A stretch of DNA of 64,000 bases from positions 69,254,001-69,318,000 of the forward strand of contig OX597832.1 in the NCBI GenBank assembly GCA_951406725.2. Direction: 5' to 3'. Positions within the stretch are counted from its first letter, which is position 1. The number at the start of each line of letters is the position of its first letter. The stretch comes from Octopus vulgaris. Its lineage: Eukaryota. A model generated the notes under the pieces. That model was not told the DNA's origin and ran no database searches. It saw nothing but the letters and a program-made list of their open reading frames with translations. A program made the translations under genes and the position numbers. This document shows positions 25,601-39,991 of the stretch, piece by piece.

Positions 25601-26540
25601 CCCCCAGGCGGGCAATGCGATCGGTTTTAGTTCCACTCTAGCGTTCTATAGAGGGTTAGTGGAGGAAAAATGCGACGACGTTCTCGGGGAAACTCTAGGC
25701 ATTGACGATAACGAACTGAGTGGTCTGTTTGGGAGGACTTTCGGCCCGGGGCCGATGGACAATTTCCAGAGGTCGCTCGCCTGGCAGTGCTACTGAGGGG
25801 CTCTGCCTGTTCAGGATAAACTCTACCGGCATGGAAGCGCCGTCAGCCGAGCCTGCCCGAGGTGTTGCCAGGACGACGAAACCGTTCTGCACGCACTCGT
25901 TCAGTGCCCGAGTATTGCTGAACTATGGGTTTATGTCGAACAGCTACTGTCACGTGTAGGACGGATCCAGCTATCGGCCGAATCCATAGTGAAGATTGCC
26001 CCGCCGACCTTTAACAAGGGGGGCGAGGCCGTTTTCTTGTGCCTAGTGGCTGTGGCGAAAGAGGTTGTATGGTGGACCCGTTTGAAAGGGGTAAAGTCAG
26101 ACACTTTCCTCTTTGGTTAAGGCCTCATCAACTTTTTCAAGTTTCACTTGAAAAGGAAGATGAGGTTAGAGAGGAGAGTGCTGTCCGATAGCAAGTTTTC
26201 TGAAAGGTGGGTGAATTGTGCGAGAATGGCCAGTATAAATGGACCAGTTCTCAGGTTTCGCCTGTGATTTAAAAAGGTAATATAAAAGGAGAAAAGGGAC
26301 TCTCTACTCCCCTTTTTGACCAGGCTCCCGTTGGCTTTTATGGGGTTTTTTTCCACCAGGAACCTTTCGAAGCACCTCCCCTTATTGGGAGTTTTTCGTT
26401 GTTATATTATTTGATTGTTACAATGTTTTACACGATTTTTTCACAAATGGACAAAACCCTTTGTAACCTTTCGTCCTGTTTTGTCCCTTTATGTTTTCTA
26501 ATCATGTGTGTCAGCCCTTGTGGCCAATAAAAAGAATAAA
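22675..26540 (+). mobile_element. Tx1/L1-clade LINE ORF2 pseudogene (APE, RT, CCHC); ORF1 missing; interrupted by a SINE
   Basis: APE motifs LNVRGL, ISETW, YAPT, VGDWN, SYLDR, YTDH, PGYWKLN. RT motifs DGLPYE, PITLLN, LDQSKAFDRVDH, VRQGCPLS, AYADD. C-terminal CPRC...HALVQC. Several premature stops (e.g. 23464-23466, 25566-25568) and a deletion near 24910. 3' end CAGCCCTTGTGGCCAATAAAAAG. Confidence 0.93.
25006..25252 (-). mobile_element. SINE family A variant with Tx1-like 3' tail, inserted in the Tx1 ORF2
   Basis: 11-bp TSD CATCTATTACC at 24995-25005 and 25253-25263. tRNA-like head, Meta-like core CTTTTCATCCTTTCGGGGTCGATAAATTAAG, tail GTTTAGCCCCTTGTGGGTAATAAAGAAATA. Confidence 0.9.
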
Positions 26541-26925
<385 letters not shown>

Positions 26926-28791
26926 GTCAGCTATAGACTTGTGTGAGTTAATTGCTAAAACTTTACCATGTTGCTCAATTTAAAAAACATCAACATCATC
27001 ATCAACATCATCATCATCATCATCAAGCATTAGCAATTATGCAGATGCTTTTAACAATCCTCCTCCTCGTCATCATTGTCACCATCCTCAGCACAATTTG
27101 TCTTGCGACCACCACAACGGCCATCACCATCATCACCATCTCTGTCATCACCATCATCGACCTCACCTTTGTCAGCATTACACCACTTGGCAATTTTTCT
27201 CGACACCCTCCAATCTGTGAAACACAATCTTCTTTTTCACATTTGGATTATTTTTGATTTGTTTTTATTTTTTTTCCGTTTTAAAGAAGACAACCTTCAT
27301 TGACGATGGAAACAATATTTGCATAAAGGTAAAAAAATATAGAAAAGAGAATGGGGAATTTTAGAATTGTGTGTGTGTGTGTGTGTGTATCGCACAATAC
27401 ACTGTAGATGAGTGAAACTGAAATATAATTAAATATTGTGAAACCTCATTGTGGATTAAATAAAAATGTAAACACATTTCCTGTTACAGATGTCATTAAC
27501 ATTTAATGTCCATATTCTATGTTAGCATGAGTTAAATGGTTCATCAGGAATGGACATGTTTTAGGATTGCATTCTACTCCAATGTCTGCTAGGTATAATT
27601 TCTATAACTGGAGGCCCTCACCAATGCCAATCCCATTACGGTGTAATGGGTGCTTTCTTTTGAAAATACTACCACCAGTGAGGTTGCCATGTAGCTTGCA
27701 AGGCTAATACCTCTTAACTGGATTGTGTTAAGGTAGAGAGGGGTGTGGTTTTACGCTAAGAGATGAGGGGTTAAAATAATGTGAAAGAAAGCCCAAAGTA
27801 GAAAAGGATTCTTGGTGTGGAAGAGTTGCATGGTCACTCTTGTTTATAGAAGAGAAGATTGGGAGGGAGCAGGTGGAGTTGGAAAAAGAGATAAAACAAG
27901 TGGTGACGATGTTTCAGGATGAACCTCAAGGTATGAGGTGGTGAAGAAGTGAGTTGGGGAGAGATGGACCAGGTTTGTGGATGGGGGGAATGAGAGATGC
28001 TTTCAGGTGGGAATTGAGTGAGTTTGGTGATTGAGGAAAGGGTAAATATATGTTGGCAGCAAGTTAGGGAAGCATGTGGAAAAGAAGGGAGGAGTCACCT
28101 GGTGTATTCTCTCATACTTCATTGATTGCCCTTAAAAGGAGATGTATCTGGGGCTTCTTTCACTAATCAACAGAACAGGAAACTGTGGATATCAACCAGC
28201 TATGAAATGCTCCAAAAAACATGCCTCCCTGCAGTTATCTTCACATTTCTCTTCTTTTATATGAATATAAACTATGTTTTTATATATATATACCTTATTA
28301 TTTTAATGAAATGAATTCCCCCAAAATACTAGGTATTGAACCAGTATTTCCTTGGATGTAAGCATCCCTTCATGAGGTAAATGCAACCTCTAATCAAATG
28401 TGTGTGTGTGTGTGCGTGCTGCTTTGTTGCTGTTATGTTCTGAATTTCAGGTGTTGGTGGTGAGCTTTAAGTAAAGACCAAGTTCCACATTCATTTTGTT
28501 TCTGTATTTGGGTTGGTCATGAATGGATTGTCATAGATTACTTGGTTGCCCAGTGCTGACTCTATCTGGTCGATTGACTTGTTGGAAATAGCAGTCAATT
28601 GTCTCCTTGACTCGTATCTGACTGACCATAACTAGTATGCTTGTAGTCATAGATCTACTTGAAACAAGGTTGTCTGAGGCCTGAAGAACAGCAACGCTAA
28701 AGCATGTAGTCCTAGATACTCTATAACAACAACATCAACAACATTAGTAATGAACCATATTAGTAAAAAATGGAAAGATGTAGCAACTCAC

Positions 28792-28950
28792 ATTAACTTT
28801 CGATTCATCCAAACGTTTATATTTCTGAAAAGTCATGAAGTCCTCATCTTTTTCAGCTGTCAATGTCAACCATTCTTCCAGTTTAGTTTTGTTGATGTTT
28901 AGAATTGTCCGGAACTTGTCAATCTCCTCACCAAGTTTGAATCTAAGATT
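28792..28950 (-). CDS. CCDC39: Internal coding exon of coiled-coil domain-containing protein 39 (axonemal 96-nm ruler, FAP59 orthologue)
   Basis: Minus strand: acceptor ttcatttaatttttcag, then 159 nt open in phase 0 (NLRFKLGEEIDKFRTILNINKTKLEEWLTLTAEKDEDFMTFQKYKRLDESKVN), then donor GTGAGT. It aligns without gaps, 19/53 identical, to human CCDC39 [53 protein letters not shown]. The human sequence is recalled from memory; I also recall this segment being a single 159-nt exon. Absent from the ORF track. Confidence 0.85.
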
Positions 28951-30097
28951 CTGAAAAATTAAATGAAATAAACTGAGTGTGCATATCTTGAGAGAAAATT
29001 AACCATTGTGAATGTAACATAAAAATTACAAGAGGAGTTTACGGTGAGCTCAATTCCTATATTGAGCTGGACAAAGAACTGATACACCATAAATAGCAAA
29101 CAATTTCGGACAAGCTTTTTGTCCTTCAAGTAGAAGTTGATGATGACCTTAAAATGGAAGATAGTGTCCCTCATCTTTCCAATAATTCTCATTTCACCCC
29201 TCTTCAAACTGTTGCCATCATCTTTTCTGACTAGAATGTATTCTACTGTGTATCTTCATAAGTTGTTATTTTGTTGCATTCTTTGTTCTTTTTATTGTTT
29301 TATTTTTGTAAAATATTCATCAGCATGCCTTATTACAGAAGCCTAGAACAATGGATTCTGTTAAACAATTTGGTTAACTGAACCAATGAGCTAGGCTTCT
29401 GTGAAAAGCCTACAAAACACGGGACTAAATAAAACTTTTAGATAATAAATATATGTGACTCCTATTAAGCACATTAATAAATCATTTTTAATCAGCAGCT
29501 AGGCTCAGTTGTAGTGAACAAGAATTTTTAGATGACAACATTGAAATCTCAACGATTTGGTGCCTTTTCTTTGACAGACTTTGTCTATAGATAGTGTGCC
29601 TGCTAGCTAGTTAGTGCTCATGGTATAGCTAAAGCCAACTCACCAGTCAGTTTTGACTATGGAATCTAATGACTTCAGGCCACTTGTGGCTATTCTCATT
29701 GTGGACACACAATAACTGACCGTCTTGGTCTTTCCATCGTTTGTCACAATGAAAACATTTTTGTTAACAATGATAAATGTTTAGTATTTGGAACTTGATG
29801 TAGACTTTTGTTGTTCTCTCAACGAAACCAAAATATTCTAAGTATTTCTATATGAATATGGAACTATGTACATGTATTATATATAGATATATGTTTATAT
29901 GTGTAAATGTGAATATTAAATATGTGCAATGTGAGTATAGAGATGTGAGCATAAAGATCTATTTCTGTACCAATTTGAGTATGTATGTGAGTATCCTACA
30001 AATGTGTATATGTGTGTGAGTGTATGAAATTGAGTCAATAAAAATGTGTATGTGCATATCAATTATTTTGTTTTTATTTGAGTATTTGAATACTGGA

Positions 30098-30132
<35 letters not shown>

Positions 30133-30677
30133 TGTGTGTGTGTGTGTGTGTGTGCATGTACCCATGTGTGCAGTAGAATGAGAATAAGCTAACACCTGTA
30201 TGTACACATAATTAAACACCTGTGAAAATAGAACTTACTGTCTGAAGAGTCAGCCATTGTGAATGGATGAAGGCACCAAATTTTCTAAAATCAATCCACA
30301 CCACCCTACCCCTCGAATCCATATCCCTACTTTTTTCAATATAGATTAATTGATTTACCCAGAATCAATAGAACAAATGAAGTTTTTCTCAAAACAATTT
30401 ACATGATAAAACTCCTTCCTGAGATTCCAATGCACAATATTCTATTATTATGAAATAGCAGCAGCTAATACACCCAAAGCCTTCCCTGTTTGGTATATTC
30501 ACCCAGGTATGCTAAACAGAAGCTTAACTCCCAGTATTTAATCAAAGCCCAGAATCAAATTCAAACATTTTTCTTGACATCCATCAAGAATTCCTCGTGT
30601 TTCTTCATTGTATAATTATTTTGTAATTGTGTATTTCTCAAAGATATCTTTCAAGCTCTATTTCCTGTGAAAAGATA

Positions 30678-31811
30678 TCTCTCTCTATATATAAACGGCA
30701 GTTTGTCTGTCTGTGTGTCTGTGTGTCTGTCAGGTTGTACCCTCACTCTGACCAAGGCTTTCAACCGATTCTGATGAAACTTGACACACACATAGCCCAA
30801 TGTCATAATTCAAAACTAACACATCGAAAATTTTGAAAAGTTCCCCCAGTTCTGAAAAAAATCGATAACTTCGACATGGGGGCGTGAATCTAAGCTTTTT
30901 ATATGCAACACATTTTCTGTTGCAGTTTTCGCAACTTGTAATCGATTTTCACCAAACTCATGGTGAAGCTTAATGTTACCCTAAGAAACTTAATTCTGAC
31001 GTTAGCTTTCCATGCAATACCTTACCATCAGAAAAAATCGATAAAATCATGCCATTTTGGGAAATCGCGTTCAAATTCAAGATGACATATTTTTGACATT
31101 TTTTAAAAAATTCACAGTGAGCATCATGTCTGCTCCAAGGAGCTATATGGCCCTTTTTATTCCAATAGGATACTTTATTACTGGAAAAAATTGGTTAATT
31201 AAATCATATGTGGCACACATAGCAAACCGATTTATGTATTAAACACAAACCACAGACTGTCTAGGGGACGCAACTCGACCTTTTTAACTCTCGGAACACG
31301 TGGGGTAAGTATCCCAAAATGTATAAAAATGTACAAAAACGGCAAAAAGCGTGCAGCAATGTGAGTCACAACAACGAAAAAGTCAAAAGTGACCAAACTG
31401 AACAAATAAATGGAAAAGGTTTTTTGGTGCACACAACAAAAGCGGTTTATAATAAACCAAGAGTTTGCAAGTAGCGTCCGAGGGCCCTTAGGGTACGTCA
31501 AAAATTTAAGGTAAAACGTTTAAGGTGGTAGTTATAAAGAAAGTTTAAACAAAAAAAGTATTCGAATAGCTTGCGGCTGCAGCAGCTATTAGCAGAAGTG
31601 GCGGGGCTAAAGTCTCGAATGTAATTTCTTCCTGGTAGGAATTGGTTGGGTTGAATTATCGATAGCTGTTTGATAGTTATTTGGGAGTGAAGAGAAGACA
31701 TTGCAACCTACACATGCGCCTTCGTTCCCTAGAGGGAAAGGACTAGATTGGGATTAGTCGTTGCCTACTAGGGGCTCTTACATACCCGGGCAATGCCGGG
31801 CTATGCTGCTA

Positions 31812-31812
<1 letters not shown>
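30678..31812 (+). mobile_element. Non-autonomous Helitron, copy 1
   Basis: A|TC 5' end; GC-rich hairpin CCCGGGCAATGCCGGG (31785-31800) 8 nt before CTAG|T; no TSD, no ORF. Confidence 0.85.
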
Positions 31813-31864
<52 letters not shown>

Positions 31865-31894
31865 CATACACACATACATATGTGTTTTGGACAA

Positions 31895-32430
31895 TAAACT
31901 TTACTTGCGAAGACCTACTGAGGCAAGTGAAATCAAATCAAAATTGCTGACATGGCTGATGAGAGTACCACCTGATTGGCACTCATGCCAGTGGAATGCT
32001 AAAAGCACATCCGAGCGTGATCGTTGCCAGGGCCACGGATTGGCTCCTGTGCTGGTGGCACATAAAAAGAAACATTCAAGCATGATCATTGCCAGTATTT
32101 TGTTACTGACACATGCTGGTGACACATGAAAAACATTTGAGTGTGGTTGTTGCCAGTGTCACTGGACTGGCTCCCATGCAGGTAGCATGTAAAAAACACC
32201 TTTTGAGTGTGGTCGTTGCCAGAACTGCCTGACTGGCCCTCGTGCTGGTGGCATGTAAAAGCAACCACTACACTCTCGGAGTGGTTGGCGTTAGGAAGGG
32301 CATCCATCTGTAGAAACTTTGCCAGATAAGATTGAGCCTGCTGAAGCTTTCTGGCTCACGAGTCCTCAGTCAAACCATCCAACCTATGCCAGCATGGAAA
32401 GCGGATGTTAAATGACAATGATGATGATGA
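31895..32430 (+). mobile_element. RTE 3' UTR with about five tandem subrepeats
   Basis: GCGAAGACCTACTGAGGCAAGTGAAATCAAATC, then repeated GTGCTGGTGGCAC-AAAAA modules, then (GAT)n. Confidence 0.82.
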
Positions 32431-32829
32431 AGACAAGACATACACACACACATTAACTATTTTTACTTGCTCTTCTCATTGCCCAAAGATCAAAACTGAA
32501 AATTTTGAGTAATGTTTAATGAAGTTTACAATTTCCAATTTCCAGTAAATATGACAAAACCAGCTCTTGTAATGAGTTCTTTTCTTACTAAGACTGATTT
32601 ATGATATACATACATATATACATACGTATGTATATATACAAATATATATACACTCACACATATACATATATGTATACACACATATCTATTTGCATACATA
32701 TATACATACACAAATATATATACATACACACAAACACACACACACAAATACACATAATATTATTCTGATGTTATCTGACAACGGTTGCAACAACATGTGT
32801 TGTGGTAGTTATGGACAGCTTATTGTGGT

Positions 32830-33190
32830 AGGAATGATGAGCCTAACAAATGAGATGGCAGAGGACCAAGATATGTGGCACATTACTGTACTCAAGAAGG
32901 TCCGTCCACAACAACGAAAGTGATATCCTAAGACCAAAGTGCAGTATAAAAATTAAGCATTGGTGTGGGTGCTGGTGCTATGTAAAAAGCACTGGTGATG
33001 GTGTCATGTAAAAAGCGCCCAGTACACTCTATAAAGTGGTTGGTATAAGGAAGGACATCCAGTCGTAGGAACCATGCCAGAACAAACTATGGAATCTGGT
33101 GTTGCTCTTGGCCTTGCCATTTCCTGTTAAGCTGTCCAACCCATGCCAGCATGGAAAAATGGACGTTAAATGATGATAATGATGTTGATG
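32830..33190 (+). mobile_element. Diverged RTE C-terminus and 3' UTR fragment
   Basis: SLTNEMAEDQDMW resembles the RTE ORF end, followed by the shared 3' UTR tail. Confidence 0.7.
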
Positions 33191-33290
33191 AATGTTCTAA
33201 AATTATCAAGTTGCTGTTTGGGACGTGAAAATCTGATGGAAGGTTTGAATTTAGATAATTTTAAAATAGGAATTTTTGTGTCATGGGATT

Positions 33291-33702
33291 CTCTCTCTTT
33301 TACTCTTTTACTTGTTTCAGTCATGTGACTGTGGCTATGCTGGAGCACTGCCTTTAGTCGATCAAATCGACCTCAGGACTTATTCTTTGTAAGCCTAGTA
33401 CTTATTTTATCGGTCTCTTTTTTGCCGAACCGCTAATGTTACGGGGATGTAAACACACCAGCATTGGCTGTCAAGCGATGTTGGGGGGAAAAAACACAGA
33501 CACACAAACACGCACACACATACACATATATATATATATACATATATACGATGTGCTTCTTTCAGTTTCCATCTACCAAATCCACTCACAAGGCTTTGGT
33601 CGGTCCGAGGCTATAGTAGAAGACACTTACCCAAGGTGCCACGCAGTGGGACTGAACCTGGAACCATGTGGTTCGTAAGCAAGCTACTTAACACACAGCC
33701 AC
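33291..33702 (-). mobile_element. SINE family B, near full length
   Basis: Minus strand: GTGGCTGTGTGTTAAGTAGCTTGCTTAC...GGTTCAGTCCCACTGCGTGGCACCTTGGG...tail GCTCCAGCATAGCCACAGTCACATGACTGAAACAAGTAAAAGAG. Confidence 0.87.
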
Positions 33703-35578
33703 AGGACTAGGGATGATAAAGGATGAACCCTTTTCATAGTAGTTGTAGTAGTGATATTAACGGTGGTAGTCATGGTTGGTGGCTCTTTAAGGCAATATTG
33801 GTGGTGGTGGTACTGGCGGCAGCAGTAGAGGTAGTTGTTGTTGCTGAGATAGTAGTTGTGTATATAACATTATAGTGACAGAGGTGGTGGCAGTAGGGGT
33901 GGTGGTGGCAGTAGGGGTGGAGGTGGCAGTAGTGGTGGCGATGGCAGAGGTGGCAGTTGTGGTGGTGGTGGAGGATTAGCTAACAATATGTGCATATGTT
34001 TTGCTGTTGGTATGGGTTGGTACCGGAAATGGTAAGCAATGAGGAATTGGTTAAGGAAACTTCTTCAATACACAAAACAATGAACCATGTGTAAGATACC
34101 AATTTCAAAAATGTTCCAGTCATATAAATAGTGAAATTTAATAAAACTGTCACTTTTCTCGGTAAAAATATCAGCTGGAGGAGAGCTTTCAATGGAAATC
34201 TCAACTGGAAACAATATCTGAGACAATATAGGAATATTATAAAATGCTACAGAGTCTGTTGTTGAAGGAATGGTAAAGGGTGTTTGGTGATGGTGAGAGT
34301 GGGAGGGAGGGAGAGAGGAAAAATGGGGGGGGAGAAGGAGAAGAAAAAGGCAAAAGGGGAAATGGGGAAGGGGTTGCGGAGGGAGGGGATGGGTATAGAA
34401 GGAGAGGGGTGGGCGAGGAAGAACAAGCTAAAAAATTCATTTCTATCAAGACACTGGAAAAGGTGGTGATGAAGGTGGGGGGTGGGGGTGTTGGCAAAGA
34501 AGAAAAGAAAGAAATGAATAAAAAGAAAATAACACTGAAAGGAAGAGAGGAAAGGAAGAATGAGGGAAAAGATAAGAAACGAAAAGAAAAAAAAACAGGA
34601 AGGAATAAATAAATAAATATTCTTCAAGACAATAAAGGGGTGGAAAGGAAAATAGGGGAGGGGAAGAAATATAGATAAATAAATAAATAATTCTTATCAT
34701 GACAATAAAAGAGAAAACAAAATTCTAGAAAGGAAACAAAAACAACATCAATATCTAATTTTCCTTCAAAGTTGTTTTTTTTTAATTCTGTTAAATTTGT
34801 AAAAAAATTTTATTTCATACTTTATATTTATATTTTATATATTTTATTTCTTTACAATGTATTTTTTATGAAACTTGAAATCTATTGAAAGAACTGCTAA
34901 TGGTTCCGTTAGTGTTTTTGTAACCCTGATCGACTGACAACCAATGATAGGTTCCACTCAAAGCTACAACATGTTTACCAGTCAATGACTCACTTGAGGG
35001 TAACACACATTTTATTGTGTTTCTTTTCTAATTATTTATACATATATATTTTTAAATTTTGATAGTTTCTTTTGTTAAAGCAATCTTTTCAATCGTGTGG
35101 TTTCAGATTCAATCAAACTGTGTGGTACCTTGGGCAAGTGCCTTATTTTATAGCCCTGGGCAGACCAAAATCTTGTGTGGACTTGGAAGATGGAGAATGA
35201 AAGAAACTTATCTGGTTGTTACACACTGTCCTCAGACCAAGATGATTTTCAAATAATTTATTTTAATGGATAAAATAAAAATGGAAAAATGGTGGAATCG
35301 TTTTATTTATTGGATTCGCATTTGTTAGGAAAAAGAAGGATATGTATGGAGGAATTAGGATTTAGTAGGATACCATACTAGAATGGCAAGGCCAGTTTTC
35401 AACATTATGGGGTTTTTATTTTACCAAGCAGCGTTCCTTATGAAAAGAGCAAAATGAAAGAAAATAATTCCTGGCTGATCTCTTCCTTTGAAACTAAAAT
35501 ACTTCCTTACATGAATCCATGAAAAAGCCAACCCCATGATTGTTGCAAATACGAAATTTATTTGTTCAATTAGTTTTC

Positions 35579-35615
<37 letters not shown>

Positions 35616-35792
35616 GTTGCCAAGGTCAAATTTGCCTTTCAGAGTTACTAAAGTAAAAGTACCAGTCAGGTGCCAGAATTGATGTAATCAAATGACTTTT
35701 ACCCTAAAATCGCTGTCTTTATGCCAAGACAATGCACAGAAACAACAAATAAACAGGCAGACAGACAGGTAGGTAGGTAGATATAAAGAGAT

Positions 35793-35797
<5 letters not shown>

Positions 35798-35882
<85 letters not shown>
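35798..35882. repeat. (GA)n microsatellite
   Basis: Seen directly. Confidence 0.97.
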
Positions 35883-35886
<4 letters not shown>

Positions 35887-36196
35887 GAGTGTGTGTGTGT
35901 ATGTTTGTAAAATTAAATGCTTACCACAGTTAGTCGCCACACAGTTAGTGAAGTTATGTCAATGCCAAACCGATTTTAGACAAGGCTGTGTATAAATTCA
36001 GAAGAGATGTCTTGCAAATAATTATTGAAGCATCAGGACAGCCCAGTAAATTATGATGTCATAATAGAAATGTATCAGAAGTTTTAAAATGTAGAATATA
36101 GAGCAAAAGGGATAAAAATATCAAATATATTATCCTATTCTCCATTTTGATATTCTGCCTTGAAATTCTGATTGCAATGACATCACAATACTATAA

Positions 36197-36252
<56 letters not shown>

Positions 36253-37697
36253 TTGACAGCTTTAATGTGGCTACTTGTCCTGATAGAAATAACAGGCAAG
36301 TTTCCTTCAAATCATCCAGAAGAACATGATAATGATGTAAGCAGAACAAAGGAGGGGTGGGAAGTCGATTATATCGACCCCAGAACATGGTGATTGCTAC
36401 TTCATTTTAGGAAGATGAAAACAAAGTTAACCTGGGCAGGATTGGAATTCAAAATGTTGAATTGTAACTAATTACCATGTGTCATTTCATCTGACACCCA
36501 ACACCAGCCCCACAAGGTCACTACTTTAATAGTAGTAGTGGCAGAGCTGCAGCAGCAGCAGCAGTAGTAGTAATATTAGTAAGAAACATTCTTATAGTTT
36601 TGAGGGGAGGGGGAAGAGCCCTAGCATTCAAATGGTGCTTATTAACCTTGGAGATATGAAAGGCAAAGTTGATTTCAGCAGGGTTTGATGATGATAATAA
36701 AGACTAACTAGAAGTTAGGAAGTAAAGAGACCAGATATGATCACTAACAACAAATCGACTCCAGAACTTTTGACTAAGTTTGACACTTATTCGATAGGTC
36801 ACTTTTGCTGAGCAGTTAAAAGGGCATAAACACTGGTTGCCAAGCAGGAGAGAGAGGCAAACACATATACCACATGGTTTCTACCAAATTCACTGACAAG
36901 GAATTGGTCAGGCCAGGGCTGTAGTAGAAGACATTTGCTCAATGTGTTGCTCAGAAGGAGTGATCCTGAGTCCACACAGTTGCAAAGCAACCTTCTTAAC
37001 CACGCAACCATGTGACAAAGCAAATGCAAAATTAATTTTCTGCTCCAAAGAAAAAAATGCTGAACATTGTTAAAGCAACTAAATGAGGAATGATGCTGCC
37101 GGTATAGAGAGGAACTATTCAGTACAGACAATTACAAGAGGTTCTCCTGAGAAAGCATCTGAGCTCATGAACTACGAAACAGAAGAAACAAAAAACCTTT
37201 AACTAAACAACCATTTTACCTCTATACATAAAATTAGCAAATCATTAATTACAAATTTTACAAAAGTTAAAGAGAAAACTAAATTAACGTAGTAAGAAGC
37301 AACAAACAAACTTAAACTATAATGAAGCAACTTCACACAGAAATAAAAAAAAGGAGAAAAAAGACATGTTTTTAGGAACAGAGCGACTTAATTGTTCATA
37401 ACTGTCAAATTGATTTCTTTATGAAATAGAGAGATATTAAAGGCCAACACTTCAAATTGATTTTACACAAACAGTCACAGCCAAAAGAAATAATTAGGTT
37501 TTAGTTTCAAATTATCAACTTGTTAACCATCAAGTTAAATCAATAGAAATAAATATAAATAAATAACATACAGCATACATACACATATTTATTTATATAT
37601 ATAAACATGTGTACACACAACATATATATTCAACCCATGCCAGCATGGAAAATGGATGTAAAACGATGATGCTGATAGAGAGGGAGATATGCACAAG

Positions 37698-37729
<32 letters not shown>

Positions 37730-37748
37730 CATACATACATACATACAT

Positions 37749-37793
<45 letters not shown>

Positions 37794-38544
37794 CATACAT
37801 ACACACATACTTTAAATATATACTCACATATGTATGTATATTATATATAATATTCACATACATATACATATAGATGCTCAAGTACATGCACGACACACAA
37901 CCAAAACCTGAGCTCAGCAGTGGGTTTCTTCCTACGCCCCAGAATCCAGTGTAGTACGACAAAGAACATCAACATTAGGATAGGCAAGGGTGCAGAATAC
38001 AACCCAAATAATAGAAACAATAATGATACACAGAAATCAAGTAGTGAAGGCTTTAAAACATAGCAAAAGGCCCCAAGAATTACATGGCAATCGTAATAAA
38101 ATGATACAATCTTACACTTCACCTCATCAGTATTTCACAATAAATACAACAGCAGAGGTTGGAAGCACCAAATAAATACACTTTTTTGTGAGACTAATTA
38201 ATAACTTCACACATGGCACATTATAGCAAGGGACCAAAAGAAAAAAAGACCTATTATGAAGGTTCAAAGACACAGCTCTCTTCAAACTTAAATAGGTGCA
38301 ACCCTGGAAAGAAGAAGAAAAGTAGAAGAATACTGACAACACCATTAGCAGAGGGTCATTAATCGTTTGGGTTTAAAATAAGGGGAGGTTTTAAGGACAC
38401 AGGAACAGATAAACTGTCTTTACATCTAGATAAAACACACACGTACATATAGGTGTTTTTTTGTCACTCTAGTTACATTTAGTGAGAATTATAACTCTCC
38501 TTTCTGGTGAAACATTGCAACCTGCTTACTGTTTAAATTAATTT

Positions 38545-38582
<38 letters not shown>

Positions 38583-39706
38583 CTAGCAGCATAGCCCGGC
38601 GTTGCCCGGGTATGTAAGAGCCTCTAGTAGGCAACGACTAATCCCAATCTAGTCCTTTCCCTCTAGGGAACGAAGGCGCATGTGTAGGTTGCAATGTCTT
38701 CTCTTCACTCCCAAATAACTATCAAACAGCTATCGATAATTCAACCCAACCAGTTCCTACCAGGAAGAAATTAAATTCGAGACTTTACCCCCAACACCGC
38801 TGTTAATAGCTGCTGCAGCCGCAAGTTATTTGAATACTTTTTTTTGTTTAAACTTTCTTTATAACTACCACCTTAAACGCTTTACCTTAAATTTTTGACG
38901 TACCCTACTTGCAAATTCTTGGTTTATTATAAACTGCTTTTGTTGTGTGCACCAAAAAACCTTTTCCATTTATTTGTTCAGTTTGGTCACTTTTGACTTT
39001 TCCGTTGTTGTCACTCACATTGCTGCCCGCTTTTTGCCGTTTTTGTACATTTTTATACATTTTGGGATACTTACCCGACGTGTTCCAAGAGTTAAAAAGG
39101 TCGAGTTGCGTTCCCTAGACAGTCTGTGGTTTGTGTTTAATACACAAATTGGTTTGCTATGTGTGCCACATATGATTTAATTAACCGATTTTTTCCAGTA
39201 ATAAAGTATCCTATTGGAATAAAAAGGGCCATATAGCTCCTTGGAGCAGACATGATGCTCACTGTGAATTTAAAAAAAAATTCCTGCCAATTTGTGAAAG
39301 ATATTGTCGAAAATATGTCATCTTGAATTTGAACGCGATTTCCCAAAATGGCATGATTTTATCGATTTTTTCTGATGGTAAGGTATTGCATGGAAAGCTA
39401 ACGTCAGAATTAAGTTTCTTAGGGAAACATTAAGCTTCACCATGAGTTTGGTGAAAATCGATTACAAGTTGCGAAAACTGCAACAGAAAATGTGTTGCAT
39501 ATAAAAAGCTTAGATTCACGACCCCATGTCGAATTTATCGACTTTTTTCAGAACTGGGGGAACTTTTCAAAATTTTCGCTGCGTTAGTTTTGAATTATGA
39601 CATTGGGCTATGTGTGTGTCAAGTTTCATCAGAATCGGCTGAAAGCCTTGGTCAGGGTGAGGGTACAACCTGACAGACACACAGACACACAGACAGACAA
39701 ACTGCC

Positions 39707-39710
<4 letters not shown>
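38583..39710 (-). mobile_element. Non-autonomous Helitron, copy 2 (inverted relative to copy 1)
   Basis: Reverse complement of 30695-31812 with small indels. Hairpin CCCGGGCAACGCCGGG and CTAG|T at the 3' end; 5' end merges into (TA)n. Confidence 0.87.
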
Positions 39711-39756
<46 letters not shown>

Positions 39757-39991
39757 TGAATGGAGACAAGAAGTGGAACGAACTGACAAATCAAAACGAA
39801 CCTGACGCGGGGCGCTGTAATTATCACATTATATATATAGTTGTGTGTCTGTGTACATGCACACACATACAAACATTTATGTACATATAAATTGAGATGA
39901 ACTCATAAGCATCTATCTGTCCATCTAACTACCTATCTATATAAATACACACACACACACACACGTGTGTGTGTGTGTGTGTGTGTGTATA

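Noticed and set aside
30239-30284. Small minus-strand AG...GTAAGT-bounded segment containing ATGGCTGAC
   Set aside because: No homology, and its phase does not fit the CCDC39 exon.
37841-38345. Hydrophobic minus-strand ORFs resembling a membrane protein
   Set aside because: Explained by T-rich composition; no family motif; stops between segments.
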